This document shows, piece after piece, positions 37,299 through 46,892 of a stretch of 64,000 nt of DNA; position 1 is the first letter of the stretch, and the number at the start of each line of letters is the position of its first letter. The notes beneath the pieces are model-generated. The model saw nothing but the letters and a program-made list of their open reading frames with translations, searched no databases and was not told where the DNA came from. A program made the position numbers and the translations under genes. This stretch comes from an uncultured Chloroflexia bacterium (lineage in GTDB: Bacteria > Chloroflexota > Anaerolineae > Anaerolineales > UBA4823). The stretch lies in assembly GCA_963698715.1 (NCBI GenBank), contig CAVORW010000003.1, positions 294,670 to 358,669 on the forward strand. The letters are read 5' to 3'.

Positions 37299-38732
37299 AT
37301 GGAAACGCGTTTGGAACATGACTTGCTAGGCGAGCGCCAGGTGCCTGATGGGTGTTATTATGGCATTCAAACTTTGCGCGCCGTGGAAAATTTTCGCATT
37401 ACGGACATCCCAATATCACATTACCCTGTCTTGATTCGCTCTCTGGCTTATATCAAGAAGGCCGCTGCGCTTGCCAATCAGCGGTTGGGTTTTTTATCGG
37501 AGGAACTGGCGGTTGCGATAACTGCAGCCTGCGATGATTTATTGGCAGGTAAGTATCACGATCAATTTGTGGTCGATGTAATCCAGGGCGGCGCAGGCAC
37601 TTCTACCAATATGAATGCGAATGAGGTCATCGCCAATCTGGCTCTGGAAAAACTGGGCTATTCAAAGGGGCGCTACGACATCATTCATCCATTGAACCAT
37701 GTGAACATGTCCCAATCCACAAACGATGTCTACCCAACCGCCTTACGGCTGACGCTGAGCTTGAAACTCGATCAATTAGAAACTGCACAGCAGATGCTGC
37801 GTCGTTCGCTGGATGTCAAAGGTGAGCAGTTTGCGGACGTGATCAAGATGGGCCGCACCCAGCTTCAGGATGCGGTTCCAATGACCTTGGGACAGGAATT
37901 TGAAGCCTATGCGGTAACAATCGGTGAGGATATCGAACGCATCAGGGAAGCGCGATCCCTGATCCGAGAAACCAATATGGGTGCAACAGCAATTGGCACC
38001 GGTTTAAACGCCCACCCAGAGTATGCAGCTATCGTGACGGAAATATTGCGCCAGTTAAGCGGTGTGCCGGTTACTGGCGCGCCCAATCTGGTGGAAGCGA
38101 CACAAGATGCGGGTGCTTACGTCCAGCTCTCGGGTGTGCTCAAACGGGTAGCGACCAAGCTGTCCAAAATCTGTAATGACCTGCGGCTGCTCTCATCCGG
38201 GCCGAGGGCCGGCTTGAATGAAATCAATTTGCCAGCCATGGCGCCCGGGTCGTCCATAATGCCGGGAAAAGTAAACCCGATCATCCCAGAAGTGATCAAC
38301 CAAATTGCATTCGATGTAATCGGCAATGACATAACCGTTACGATGGCGGCTGCCGCTGGCCAGCTTGAGCTGAACGTCATGGAGCCTGTAATTGCCTATA
38401 AGCTATTTACCTCGATCGAAATGCTCAGCCGTGGCTGCCGCACTTTGGCGGAGCGGTGCGTTGATGGGATCACAGCCAATCGTGAGGTTTGCCGGCGTAT
38501 GGTTGAATCCAGCATTGGGCTGGTAACTGCTTTAAACCCGGTCATTGGTTACGAAAAATCGACCGAGATTGCCCACGAAGCCCTGGTTAGCGGCCGTTCG
38601 GTTTACGAAATTGTATTAGAGAAGAATTATCTTACCCGCGCCGAACTCGAAGATCTGCTCAAGCCGGAAAATATGACTCGACCTCGCTACTTGCGACTGG
38701 GTAAAGAGCCCGGAAGTTCGTCCAGCCCTTGA
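37299..38732 (+). CDS. aspA: aspartate ammonia-lyase
   Basis: 477 aa. DQFVVDVIQGGAGTSTNMNANEVIAN, MSQSTNDVYPTA, and the SS-loop GSSIMPGKVNP. The first block is the aspartase-type rather than the fumarase-type sequence. Confidence 0.85.
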   Translation: METRLEHDLLGERQVPDGCYYGIQTLRAVENFRITDIPISHYPVLIRSLAYIKKAAALANQRLGFLSEELAVAITAACDDLLAGKYHDQFVVDVIQGGAGTSTNMNANEVIANLALEKLGYSKGRYDIIHPLNHVNMSQSTNDVYPTALRLTLSLKLDQLETAQQMLRRSLDVKGEQFADVIKMGRTQLQDAVPMTLGQEFEAYAVTIGEDIERIREARSLIRETNMGATAIGTGLNAHPEYAAIVTEILRQLSGVPVTGAPNLVEATQDAGAYVQLSGVLKRVATKLSKICNDLRLLSSGPRAGLNEINLPAMAPGSSIMPGKVNPIIPEVINQIAFDVIGNDITVTMAAAAGQLELNVMEPVIAYKLFTSIEMLSRGCRTLAERCVDGITANREVCRRMVESSIGLVTALNPVIGYEKSTEIAHEALVSGRSVYEIVLEKNYLTRAELEDLLKPENMTRPRYLRLGKEPGSSSSP

Positions 38733-38746
38733 TAGGCTCAGTCAAC

Positions 38747-40645
38747 TCAAATTCTAACCGGCTCGAGCCCGCCATTGACGAAATAGTATTCAGCAGTCTC
38801 TATATCGGCTGCGTTACCAGCCAAAGTCAGATGATCGTGTTCTTCAATCTGAGTGTTGCCGTGTGGTAGCAGCAGCTCACCATTGCGTCTCAATGCCAGG
38901 ATCAGCACATCGCCGGGAATAGTGATTTCCCGTATTTTTTTGCCCACTAGTACTGGATTCGCGACAGCAATTTCTGAAACCTCTTTATCATCCTCTGTGC
39001 TGGTCATGAGTTGGTAGAGTGCTGGGTTACGGGAAACCATGACCATCAGCGAAGCCCGGTCCAGGGCCGCGTTCATAGTGGCAACCCCAAGGGTTTTGAA
39101 GCGTTTGATATTGTTTGGAGTGTTGATCTGGGCAACTGAATGTTCGACTCCATACTCCGTATGTGCGATCCGGCACATCCGATAGCTCTTCTCGGTGTCA
39201 TTATGAGTGCAAACCAGGGATTTGGCGATATCCATCCATTCGGCAGCTTGGGGTGATAGTTCATACGTCGAGCTGTATATTGCTGTAAATTTTCGCTGCT
39301 GGGCCCGGGCAAGGCGCTCCCGATCGTCATCTATGAGAATCACCTGTTCTTGATGAAGCCGAAGCTGTTCAGCGACCTGCAAGCCTAACTCCCCCGCTCC
39401 TGAAACCAGCACTGGTCGCTGACGCTTGTCGGGACCGTCCGGGATGATCCGGATAAAGATGAGAGGGGCAGCTGTTACGGTCAGGATAGCAACCAGAATG
39501 ATGGCAGAATTGACCGATTCGCTTAGTACACCTAATCGCAATCCAATCGCAGAAGCGGCAATAATGAGTGATAGACGGGAGGACAGCAGTACTCCCGCGC
39601 CGATGGTTTCCCGCCAGCCGAATCGTTTGCGAAAGATCAGGGCAGGTACCAACTTGACCAGGGCAGCTGCAACCAGAAAGATTGGAACCAGGAGCAGTGC
39701 TTGCGGTGAGCTGATCAAGGACTGCAGATTAAAGTCCACCCCAACCATGATGAAAAAGACCGGGATAAAAAAGCCAAAGCCGAAAGCTTCCACCTGGCGG
39801 ATTAATTCAATGTCCTGCGGCTTCCTGAGCAGAGACAAGATGGCCCCCGCCAGAAATGCACCCAGAATGATTTCTGTTCCCAGCATTTCGGACAGTACAA
39901 TGAAAATCAACATCATTGTAAAGGCGGCTCTTATTTTGATTTGAGCGGTTGCGGAACTGAGTTCATCTAGGAGTTTGCGGACCGCTGGGATGCCGTTGAA
40001 AAACCACATCCCGAAATAATACATAAAGAAGAAAGCCACGAACAGCAAACCAATCAGCAGCAAATCCAGGGTCAGACCGCGTGATAAGGCCGCCACTTCA
40101 ACCGTGATCAGCAGCATGGTAACAAAATCGGCGATTAAGGATGCAATCAGCAAAGATTGCCCATAAATCCCATTTGACAAGCCGCGCTCTTTTAATACTG
40201 GCACCACGACACCCAGGGAGGTCGTTGACAGGATTAGAGCCATCATCCAAGGATTCCGGACAAGCCCGCCGGTATAGAACAGCAGCCCTATAATGACTGA
40301 GAGAGCCAGGGTTAACACAAATGTTACTGAACCAAGCTGAACTGGCCCCCAGCTTTCTTGAGACGTTCTCTTCTTTCCGTTTGCGAATAGACTCAGGTTA
40401 GAAAAGTCAATCTCTAGGCCGGAAAGGAACATTAAGAACACGAAGCCAAATTCCGAAAGCAAATCCAGAATTGGATCGTGATTGGCTACCAGAGCCAGAC
40501 CACTGCGGCCGATCAGGATTCCGGCGATAATCTCTCCGACAACAATTGGTAGTTTCAACCGTTTGAACTGAGAAATCAGGAATGGGACGAGAAAGGCGAG
40601 TAGGACAACAACGAGCAAAGGTATAAAAGATGTATGTTCATTCAT
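38747..40645 (-). CDS. CPA2-family cation:proton antiporter with RCK domains (paralogue of 34676..36544)
   Basis: I prefer the ATG at 40643-40645 (MNEHTSFIPLLVVVLLAF...) because it aligns with the paralogue's MEEHLDFAPLLIVLVLAF. The track uses GTG at 40666. The architecture is the same (IVVGEIIAGILIGRSGLA, FLMFLSGLEIDF, GAGELG). Confidence 0.8.
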   Translation of the reverse strand: MNEHTSFIPLLVVVLLAFLVPFLISQFKRLKLPIVVGEIIAGILIGRSGLALVANHDPILDLLSEFGFVFLMFLSGLEIDFSNLSLFANGKKRTSQESWGPVQLGSVTFVLTLALSVIIGLLFYTGGLVRNPWMMALILSTTSLGVVVPVLKERGLSNGIYGQSLLIASLIADFVTMLLITVEVAALSRGLTLDLLLIGLLFVAFFFMYYFGMWFFNGIPAVRKLLDELSSATAQIKIRAAFTMMLIFIVLSEMLGTEIILGAFLAGAILSLLRKPQDIELIRQVEAFGFGFFIPVFFIMVGVDFNLQSLISSPQALLLVPIFLVAAALVKLVPALIFRKRFGWRETIGAGVLLSSRLSLIIAASAIGLRLGVLSESVNSAIILVAILTVTAAPLIFIRIIPDGPDKRQRPVLVSGAGELGLQVAEQLRLHQEQVILIDDDRERLARAQQRKFTAIYSSTYELSPQAAEWMDIAKSLVCTHNDTEKSYRMCRIAHTEYGVEHSVAQINTPNNIKRFKTLGVATMNAALDRASLMVMVSRNPALYQLMTSTEDDKEVSEIAVANPVLVGKKIREITIPGDVLILALRRNGELLLPHGNTQIEEHDHLTLAGNAADIETAEYYFVNGGLEPVRI

Positions 40646-40700
40646 AGACAGAAATAAGTGTATCACGGTTTGGAAACATGCCGGTTATCATACCTGCCAG

Positions 40701-42119
40701 GGGTGCACTAAAATGTTGTAGAATCAGACAGCCAAGGGCAGAAGGGCAAGGCTGTCGAAAGCCGCTCCATCAGAGAGCCAGGCCGCCCGTGCTTTGGCGG
40801 TTGCGATGGCACCTGCGAGCGTCCAACGGGCACCAGAAATCTTGAGCCGAGCGGTAGCAATCTGTTTGCAAGCACTCTCAACCGTGCCGCTGCCAATCCA
40901 ATACCCCTGAGCTCGGAACTGAGCGTAATTCATTCGGTGTTGGTTATTGGAGTAATAAGTGACCGCACGCTGCGCCGCCTCTTCGGCTGTTTTATGTCGG
41001 CCATAGTGCTGACAGGCTGCGATCACTTTTTGAACCTGGCCTTGCCATAGCCAGTTTGTGACTTGCTCCAGCCACTCCTGGCGGGCGGTTGCTTGAGAGA
41101 AAACAGCATCTGCGATCGGTGTGAGATATTCACAGGCATGGTACCAATCGACGATCTGGATCGCATCGGGGAAGTAATGGGAAATCAGTTTCCAGATCCA
41201 AACGGCGCCGTCACAAACGAAGACAAGTTCCTGCGCCTTGTCGGCTAAACGTCTCACCCCAGTGGCCCATAACAGCTGCCCGAATTCTTCGGCAGGCGCA
41301 ATCGCACTATGATAGCTGATCGCTTGGGCTTTCGGATCGGCTTGCCCATACACTTCCGCCACCTGATACCAACTCAAGGTCTTTAACTCCCGCCATTGCT
41401 GCCCGACCGGCACCTGGGCGCCATCTAGCGAACCATATAAGCGCTTTGGCACTGCGCTAATCGCTCTTTCCCGCTCTTGCAGCCAAGCTTCATCCTGGCT
41501 CTGACGGACCCACTCTGCCTCCCGCTGGGCTTGTTTCTGCCCGATCTGTTGGGTTTGCTTGCGGATGGTATTGTCGCTGACTTCGACCAATAAAAATTCT
41601 CGGATCTTGCGTTGGGCTCGTTCAAAAGCAATATCCACGCCAGCTATGGCCAGCAGTTTGCCCATCACCAGGCTGACTTCTCCCGGATGTAAGCCCCACA
41701 GCTGATCCAGCCGGTAGTACTTCCGCCCACAGGCTGCACAGCCATAATATGAGCGATGGTAGTTAACCCAACCAAACACGCTCAGGATTTGCGCCTTCCG
41801 CTTTGAGATCCGCGGCGCCTGTGCCCCGCAGGCACAGCCTACTCGCCGTCCCTGTTTCTCATCTTCCCTTTCCAACACTTTCCCATATGTCTGCTGTCCC
41901 ACTTGTTGCAGCAGCGCTCGGATCCCATTTTCAAGTTCCACCTGGTTTTGAATTTCTCCGGCTTCGATCAGCCGGCTAATTTCGTCTGCCAATAGACCCG
42001 TTATCTCGTCCTTTGCTCTTGTGCTAAAATCCATCTGGGAACCTCTTTCTGTGATTGTTGTTTTGGATAACCTAATCATAGCCTAGAGGTTCCTTTTTCT
42101 ACAACATTTTAGTGCTCCC
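40701..42119 (-). mobile_element. ISKra4-family-like insertion sequence, apparently intact
   Basis: The terminal inverted repeats are GGGTGCACTAAAATGTTGTAGAA (40701-40723) and the reverse complement of 42097-42119 (GGGAGCACTAAAATGTTGTAGAA), matching at 22 of 23 positions. They are flanked by direct repeats CCTGCCAG at 40693-40700 and 42120-42127. A single transposase ORF lies inside. Confidence 0.8.
40724..42079 (-). CDS. DDE transposase, ISKra4-family-like
   Basis: 451-aa ORF; a start at the internal MDFSTRAK is also possible. It has a Cys-rich zinc-ribbon (CACGAQ...CAACG) and the motifs VFVCDGAVWIW, IVDWYHACEYL and WIGSGTVESACKQIATARLKISGARW. I associate these with ISKra4-type transposases from memory. 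Confidence 0.75.
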   Translation of the reverse strand: MIRLSKTTITERGSQMDFSTRAKDEITGLLADEISRLIEAGEIQNQVELENGIRALLQQVGQQTYGKVLEREDEKQGRRVGCACGAQAPRISKRKAQILSVFGWVNYHRSYYGCAACGRKYYRLDQLWGLHPGEVSLVMGKLLAIAGVDIAFERAQRKIREFLLVEVSDNTIRKQTQQIGQKQAQREAEWVRQSQDEAWLQERERAISAVPKRLYGSLDGAQVPVGQQWRELKTLSWYQVAEVYGQADPKAQAISYHSAIAPAEEFGQLLWATGVRRLADKAQELVFVCDGAVWIWKLISHYFPDAIQIVDWYHACEYLTPIADAVFSQATARQEWLEQVTNWLWQGQVQKVIAACQHYGRHKTAEEAAQRAVTYYSNNQHRMNYAQFRAQGYWIGSGTVESACKQIATARLKISGARWTLAGAIATAKARAAWLSDGAAFDSLALLPLAV

Positions 42120-42201
42120 CCTGCCAGGGACAAAGATAGATCGCGGCGGTCAAGCGGGTTAAGGGCCATACCTCCACGATCTTTACTTCAAATCTATCCA
42201 G

Positions 42202-42258
42202 TAATAAATATGGTTGGTGGTGCTCGCAAATCGCAAGCACCACCAACCACATTTATTA
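42202..42258. terminator. long A/T-flanked hairpin downstream of trmO
   Basis: GGTTGGTGGTGCT (42212-42224) pairs perfectly with AGCACCACCAACC (42236-42248). TAATAAAT-type arms flank it on both sides. Confidence 0.5.
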
Positions 42259-42289
42259 ATTTTCTGGGTACAGGCTATATATTGAAGCG

Positions 42290-42733
42290 TTATTTAATTT
42301 TCCGGCTCTCGTACCAGCCAGATTTTACATCATTGCGGATGTCAAACTCGGGCATATAAGGTTTGATGTCAAGTAAAGGCGTGCTGTCCAAAACATCCAC
42401 ATCCATTATGTCCAGCAAGTTTCCATGACAATTCAGCAGTCGGACGACCGAAATGCCGATTTGGTTAGGCCGGCGAGGATAGCGGGTTGAAAAAAGGCCG
42501 CGGCTTTGATCGTCCAAAAATGGCTGGACCTGCAGATCATACCCGTCGGACTGGTGAAAAACATATAAAAGGATCAGATGGCTGAATCCATCTATATCTT
42601 TCAAGCCCGCCGAAAATTCTGGCTCCAGGATAATCTGGCCGCGGGCTGTTGAGCGAGAAGCCTGGATGGGAACCTGGCTTGCCTCAGTAAACGGGGAACG
42701 GATAGTCCCAATAGATCTAAATCGGAATTCCAT
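42290..42733 (-). CDS. trmO: tRNA (N6-threonylcarbamoyladenosine(37)-N6)-methyltransferase TrmO/TsaA (YaeB/UPF0066) family
   Basis: 147 aa. IGTIRSPF, GFSHLILLYVFH, RPNQIGISVVRLL, and DVLDSTPLLDIKPY are characteristic of the family. Confidence 0.75.
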   Translation of the reverse strand: MEFRFRSIGTIRSPFTEASQVPIQASRSTARGQIILEPEFSAGLKDIDGFSHLILLYVFHQSDGYDLQVQPFLDDQSRGLFSTRYPRRPNQIGISVVRLLNCHGNLLDIMDVDVLDSTPLLDIKPYMPEFDIRNDVKSGWYESRKIK

Positions 42734-42773
42734 GCGAGGTTGCCTTTAGTATTTATCCGAAAAGTCGAATGGT

Positions 42774-42813
42774 AGGTGGTGGTGGCGTGCTGCGCAGCAC
42801 GCCACCACCACCT
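42774..42813 (-). terminator. perfect 40-nt palindrome downstream of the Pat-like gene
   Basis: AGGTGGTGGTGGCGTGCTG-CG-CAGCACGCCACCACCACCT. It lies about 140 nt past the minus-strand stop at 42953. Confidence 0.5.
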
Positions 42814-42952
42814 CATAAACACCCTTCGGGATAGGCGCTTAATGAAGTTTATCAGTTCGGCTGACGATATCACCGTTGAGGTATGCCGTGACAGCCTCCT
42901 CGATGCTCTCCAGGTCGGTGCTCGTGTGGGCCATAAACATGTTTTATGTTTG

Positions 42953-45712
42953 TTAGCACAGCTCCAGCACGGCTCTTACCAGATGTGGCTCGCTCGTCGG
43001 ACTCAATGTGAACCCAAGTTGCTTCAGGATATTCTGCATGGAAATGTTTTCAACCGTCACATGGGCATGAATCCGGCAGAGATTCTCCTGTTTGCCAACT
43101 TCGATGACCTGTTTCATCAGCTCTTTGCCGACTCCCAGCCCCTGATATAGATCGCTCACCAGCACACTGAAACGGGCTTCGTCCATACCATGCATCTTTG
43201 AAAGCCGCCCAGCTCCCAAAATGCGCGCATCGCCGGTTTCCGGATCGCGATCCTCAGCAATCAAGGTGATTTCACGGTCATAGTCACAGTGACAGATGCG
43301 AGCCAGTCGGTCGTGTGCAACACGTTCGTTCAGCAGCATCGGATGCAAATAGCGCATGTAAACCGAGCGGTCTGAAAGGGTCTCGTGGAATTTTACAAGC
43401 AAAGGCTCGTCCTCAGGCTGAATGGGGCGGCTGAGGATGTAAGTGCCATTTTTTGCAGTCCAGCTGCTTATATACTGGGATGGATACGGTCGGATCGCAA
43501 GGCGGGGAAGATTTGCCTCAAGGACCTCATTCTCAAATAACACTACCCGGGCATCCAGGGCCAGCAGCCGCTCTTCGGAAGCTAGCAAAGGATTAATATC
43601 CAGCTCCTTTATCCAGCGTTGTTCTGCAATCAACTGGCTGAATCGCACTAACATCTGTTCCAGTCCAACCAGGTCAACGGGTTTGCGCCCGCGCACGCCT
43701 TGCAATGCGGTATAAATTCTGGTTCGCTCCATCATGCGGCGGGCCAGGATCGAGTTCAATGGCGGCAGCGCCAGGGCCCGATCTTTGAACACTTCTACCA
43801 GCGAGCCTCCCAGTCCAAATAACAGAACTGGGCCAAGCTGTGGATCGATACTGCTGCCCAAGATCAATTCATAGCCATCCAGAGATGACATCGGCTGGAC
43901 GGTTACACCCAGAAAATGTTCTACTCCTGCCAGTTCAGCCACTGTAGCCTGAATGCGGCTGTAAGCAGCCTGGACTGATCTGGCGTCATGCAAGTTCAAT
44001 TGAACGCCCCCCACATCGGTTTTGTGAGTAATGGTTTCGGAATGCAGTTTGAGTACCACTGGGTAGCCGATTTCATCCGCCAATCGAACGGCTGTATCCA
44101 CATCAGCAGCGATGCGGGTGACAACGGTAGGTATGCCGTAGGCAGCCAGCAGCTGTTTGGATTCGTATTCAGTCAGGATTGTTCGACCGGTCGCACGCGC
44201 ATGTTCAATGATCTCGGCTGCCAGTTCGCGCTGGACGTCACTCCCTTCCGTCCCGTTTGGAAGCTTGGGGGTTTCGTATAAGCTGCGCAGGTTATTGGCG
44301 TAGTGCGCCATATAGTCAAACATGCGAGCGGCAGTGTCTGGGTAGGGGAAGGTCGGAATGTTGGAGCGGTTCAAAATTGCCTCGCCATTCTTCACGTCAT
44401 CGCCGCCCATCCAGCTGGCAATAACTGGTTTGCCAAGGCTTTGTCCGTAGGGCTTGAGCTTTTCGGCGGTCTCAGTTGGGTCTGTCATGGCCTGAGGCGT
44501 CAGAATGACCAGCATGCCATCGCTGTTAGGATCTTGAGCAGCAATTTTTAGGGCTTCGGCATATCGATCCGGGCTGGCATCGCCCAGAATATCCACAGGG
44601 TTGTTATGACTCCAGGCTGCGGGCAGCAAGTTGTTATATGCATCCATAGTTTCTACAGACAGCTCTGCCAGCTTTCCGCCATTCGTGATCAAGGCATCGG
44701 TGGCCAACACGCCGGGCCCGCCGGCATTGGTAAGAATGGTCAGGCGCGGGCCTTTCGGTCTTGGCTGTTTGGCCAGCACTTCGGCCATATAGAACAGTTC
44801 AGCGATGCTGTTCACCCGCAGTACGCCGCTGCGGCGGAAGGCAACTTCCAGCACCTCGTCGCTGCCTGTCAGCGAGCCGGTGTGCGAGGCAGCCGCCTTG
44901 GCCGCGCCGGCTGTGCGTCCGGGTTTGATGACGATAATCGGCTTGGTGAGCGCCACTTCCCGGGCAGCAGACAGAAAGCCCCGGGCATCTCCGATGGTTT
45001 CCATATAAATTACGATGCTTTCAGTGCGCGGGTCATCGCCCAGATAGTAAATCAGGTCGCCCCAGCCGACATCCAGCATCGAGCCGATCGAAACGAAAGA
45101 ACTAAAGCCAACATTTTCCTGCAGGCTCCAATCTAGGACTGCTGTGCAAAGTGCGCCGCTCTGGCTGAGAAAACCCACGCTGCCTGTGCGGGCCATTTTG
45201 CTGGCAAATGTGGCATTCAACCCGCTGATCGGGCTCATAACTCCCAGACAGTTTGGTCCAATAATCCGCATTTTGCCGCGTCGGGCATGTTCCATGATCT
45301 GTCGTTCCAACTCTACTCCGTTGGGTCCCGTTTCTTTGAAACCTGCAGAGATTACGATCGCACCCTTGACGCCAACCTCGACACAATCCTTAATAATATT
45401 CGGGACTGTATGGGCCGGTGTGGTGATGACTGCCAGGTCAACCTGTTCGGGTACTTCCGAAATACTCGAGTAGGCTTTGATGCCTAAGACACTGGGGCGT
45501 TTGGGATTAACGGGAAAGACTGCTCCCCCAAAAGGGCTGCTGATCAGGTTCCAGAGAACCGTTCGTCCGACGGAGCCAGCAGTTTCGGTAGCACCAATTA
45601 CGGCAACATTTTTTGGGGCAAAAATCGCATCCAGAGCCTGGCTTTCATAATGCAGGACGTCGTGGGCGGGATCAAAAGAGGGCAGTGTTACTTGATTCAT
45701 TATCAACTCCAA
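42953..45712 (-). CDS. Pat-type protein acetyltransferase: ADP-forming acetyl-CoA synthetase-like (CoA-binding, ligase-CoA, ATP-grasp) fused to a C-terminal GNAT domain
   Basis: 919 aa. N-terminal CoA-binding VAVIGATE...GRTV, succinyl-CoA-ligase-like GPNCLG, an ATP-grasp region, and a C-terminal GNAT with [11 protein letters not shown]. Confidence 0.8.
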   Translation of the reverse strand: MELIMNQVTLPSFDPAHDVLHYESQALDAIFAPKNVAVIGATETAGSVGRTVLWNLISSPFGGAVFPVNPKRPSVLGIKAYSSISEVPEQVDLAVITTPAHTVPNIIKDCVEVGVKGAIVISAGFKETGPNGVELERQIMEHARRGKMRIIGPNCLGVMSPISGLNATFASKMARTGSVGFLSQSGALCTAVLDWSLQENVGFSSFVSIGSMLDVGWGDLIYYLGDDPRTESIVIYMETIGDARGFLSAAREVALTKPIIVIKPGRTAGAAKAAASHTGSLTGSDEVLEVAFRRSGVLRVNSIAELFYMAEVLAKQPRPKGPRLTILTNAGGPGVLATDALITNGGKLAELSVETMDAYNNLLPAAWSHNNPVDILGDASPDRYAEALKIAAQDPNSDGMLVILTPQAMTDPTETAEKLKPYGQSLGKPVIASWMGGDDVKNGEAILNRSNIPTFPYPDTAARMFDYMAHYANNLRSLYETPKLPNGTEGSDVQRELAAEIIEHARATGRTILTEYESKQLLAAYGIPTVVTRIAADVDTAVRLADEIGYPVVLKLHSETITHKTDVGGVQLNLHDARSVQAAYSRIQATVAELAGVEHFLGVTVQPMSSLDGYELILGSSIDPQLGPVLLFGLGGSLVEVFKDRALALPPLNSILARRMMERTRIYTALQGVRGRKPVDLVGLEQMLVRFSQLIAEQRWIKELDINPLLASEERLLALDARVVLFENEVLEANLPRLAIRPYPSQYISSWTAKNGTYILSRPIQPEDEPLLVKFHETLSDRSVYMRYLHPMLLNERVAHDRLARICHCDYDREITLIAEDRDPETGDARILGAGRLSKMHGMDEARFSVLVSDLYQGLGVGKELMKQVIEVGKQENLCRIHAHVTVENISMQNILKQLGFTLSPTSEPHLVRAVLELC

Positions 45713-45969
45713 TAATTTCCAGACAAAGGCCGTCCGTGTGGGCGGCCTTTTATAGGATCATGATCAGGGATTACGTTTTGTGTAATTTTACACAAGATTT
45801 ATTCTAACAAATTATTCCCGAACTGTACGGGTACAAATGTTACCCATATCATAGGATGATAGTCGCTTTTTGCGAGATCCCAGAAAGGCCTGAGTGGAGG
45901 TGTTCGGTTCTGAGTCCACTTATTTTGCACAAATCCCAAACTTGGGCCTGAACAGATGTGAAAAAAGAT

Positions 45970-45997
45970 TGACAGATTGATTTCTTTTGCTACAATA
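45970..45997 (+). promoter_or_regulatory. sigma-70-like promoter for the GntR gene
   Basis: TTGACA (45970-45975), a 16-nt spacer, and TACAAT (45992-45997), about 100 nt upstream of the preferred start at 46099. Confidence 0.45.
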
Positions 45998-46020
45998 ATA
46001 TCAGAATATCTGATATTATA
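45996..46020. promoter_or_regulatory. perfect 11-3-11 palindrome overlapping the -10 / +1 region (candidate autoregulatory operator)
   Basis: ATAATATCAGA-ATA-TCTGATATTAT. Confidence 0.45.
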
Positions 46021-46098
46021 ATATTGTTGTGGGTGAATTGGCGAGCCATTACCTTGGCTGGAATATGGTTTTCGGAAGGTACAGTCCTCGGGAGATCA

Positions 46099-46785
46099 AT
46101 GAACGAATTTATCGGGCGGAATACTTTAGCCAGCAACGTCGCCGAGCAGTTGAGGGCACAGATTGCAGAGGGGCGCTTTGGCGTGGGTGATTATCTCCCA
46201 CCTCAGAAGGAACTGGCAGAACGCTTCGGGGTCGGTCTATCTACAATTCGGGAGGCCATGCAGTTATTGATCGCAGCTGGTTTGTTAAAATCCCATCCCG
46301 GCAAAGGTACTTGGGTCAGAGACGATGCACTCAGCACGCTTATTCATCCACAAGTGGTTAAAACGCGGTTGGGGGAATTGAAAGCTCGCCAGGTTTACGA
46401 AGCCCGATCCGTGATTGAGGTCGCCCTGATCGAACTGGCAGCCAGCCGTGCCACTCCTGCTGATATCGAAAACATTTCTCAGGCATTGCAAGAGATGGCA
46501 AACGCTAAAAACGATCAAGCTTTTATTGAAGCAGATCTTTTATTTCACCTGATGGTCGCCCGAGCTGGCCACAACGAGCTGTTGGAACAGCTGTACCAAC
46601 TTGTGCAGAAATTGCTGGTAGATGTTGTTAACGAACTAATTCAATTGCCAAATGTGAAATCGGAGTCAATGCCTTTACAGCTGGCGATTTTTGAGGCAGT
46701 TAAGGCCAACGATAGTTTGGCAGCCAAAAAAGCTGCCCAGGTACACATGGAGTACATTGAACAATTATTAAACACCTATGAATAG
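46099..46785 (+). CDS. GntR-family transcriptional regulator, FadR/FCD subfamily
   Basis: I prefer the ATG at 46099, with GGGAGA at 46090-46095. The winged HTH is LPPQKELAERFGVGLSTIREAMQLL. The C-terminal domain is all-helical and FCD-like. Confidence 0.85.
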   Translation: MNEFIGRNTLASNVAEQLRAQIAEGRFGVGDYLPPQKELAERFGVGLSTIREAMQLLIAAGLLKSHPGKGTWVRDDALSTLIHPQVVKTRLGELKARQVYEARSVIEVALIELAASRATPADIENISQALQEMANAKNDQAFIEADLLFHLMVARAGHNELLEQLYQLVQKLLVDVVNELIQLPNVKSESMPLQLAIFEAVKANDSLAAKKAAQVHMEYIEQLLNTYE

Positions 46786-46892
46786 GGCGGCTGAGGACCA
46801 TTTTGGCCGGTATAAACCCCAGAAATTCCTCCAACCATAAATAATTGTTTTCAAAAAATCTAAACAAGTTATTCCTAAAGGAGAATAGTACA

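Noticed and set aside
42839-42934. 31-aa minus-strand ORF (MAHTSTDLESIEEAVTAYLNGDIVSRTDKLH) between the Pat-like stop and the 40-nt palindrome.
   Set aside because: The placement is tempting, 18 nt after the Pat stop with the hairpin 25 nt after its own stop. There is no Shine-Dalgarno sequence and no recognisable motif, and ORFs this short arise by chance. It would need ribosome profiling or conservation evidence.
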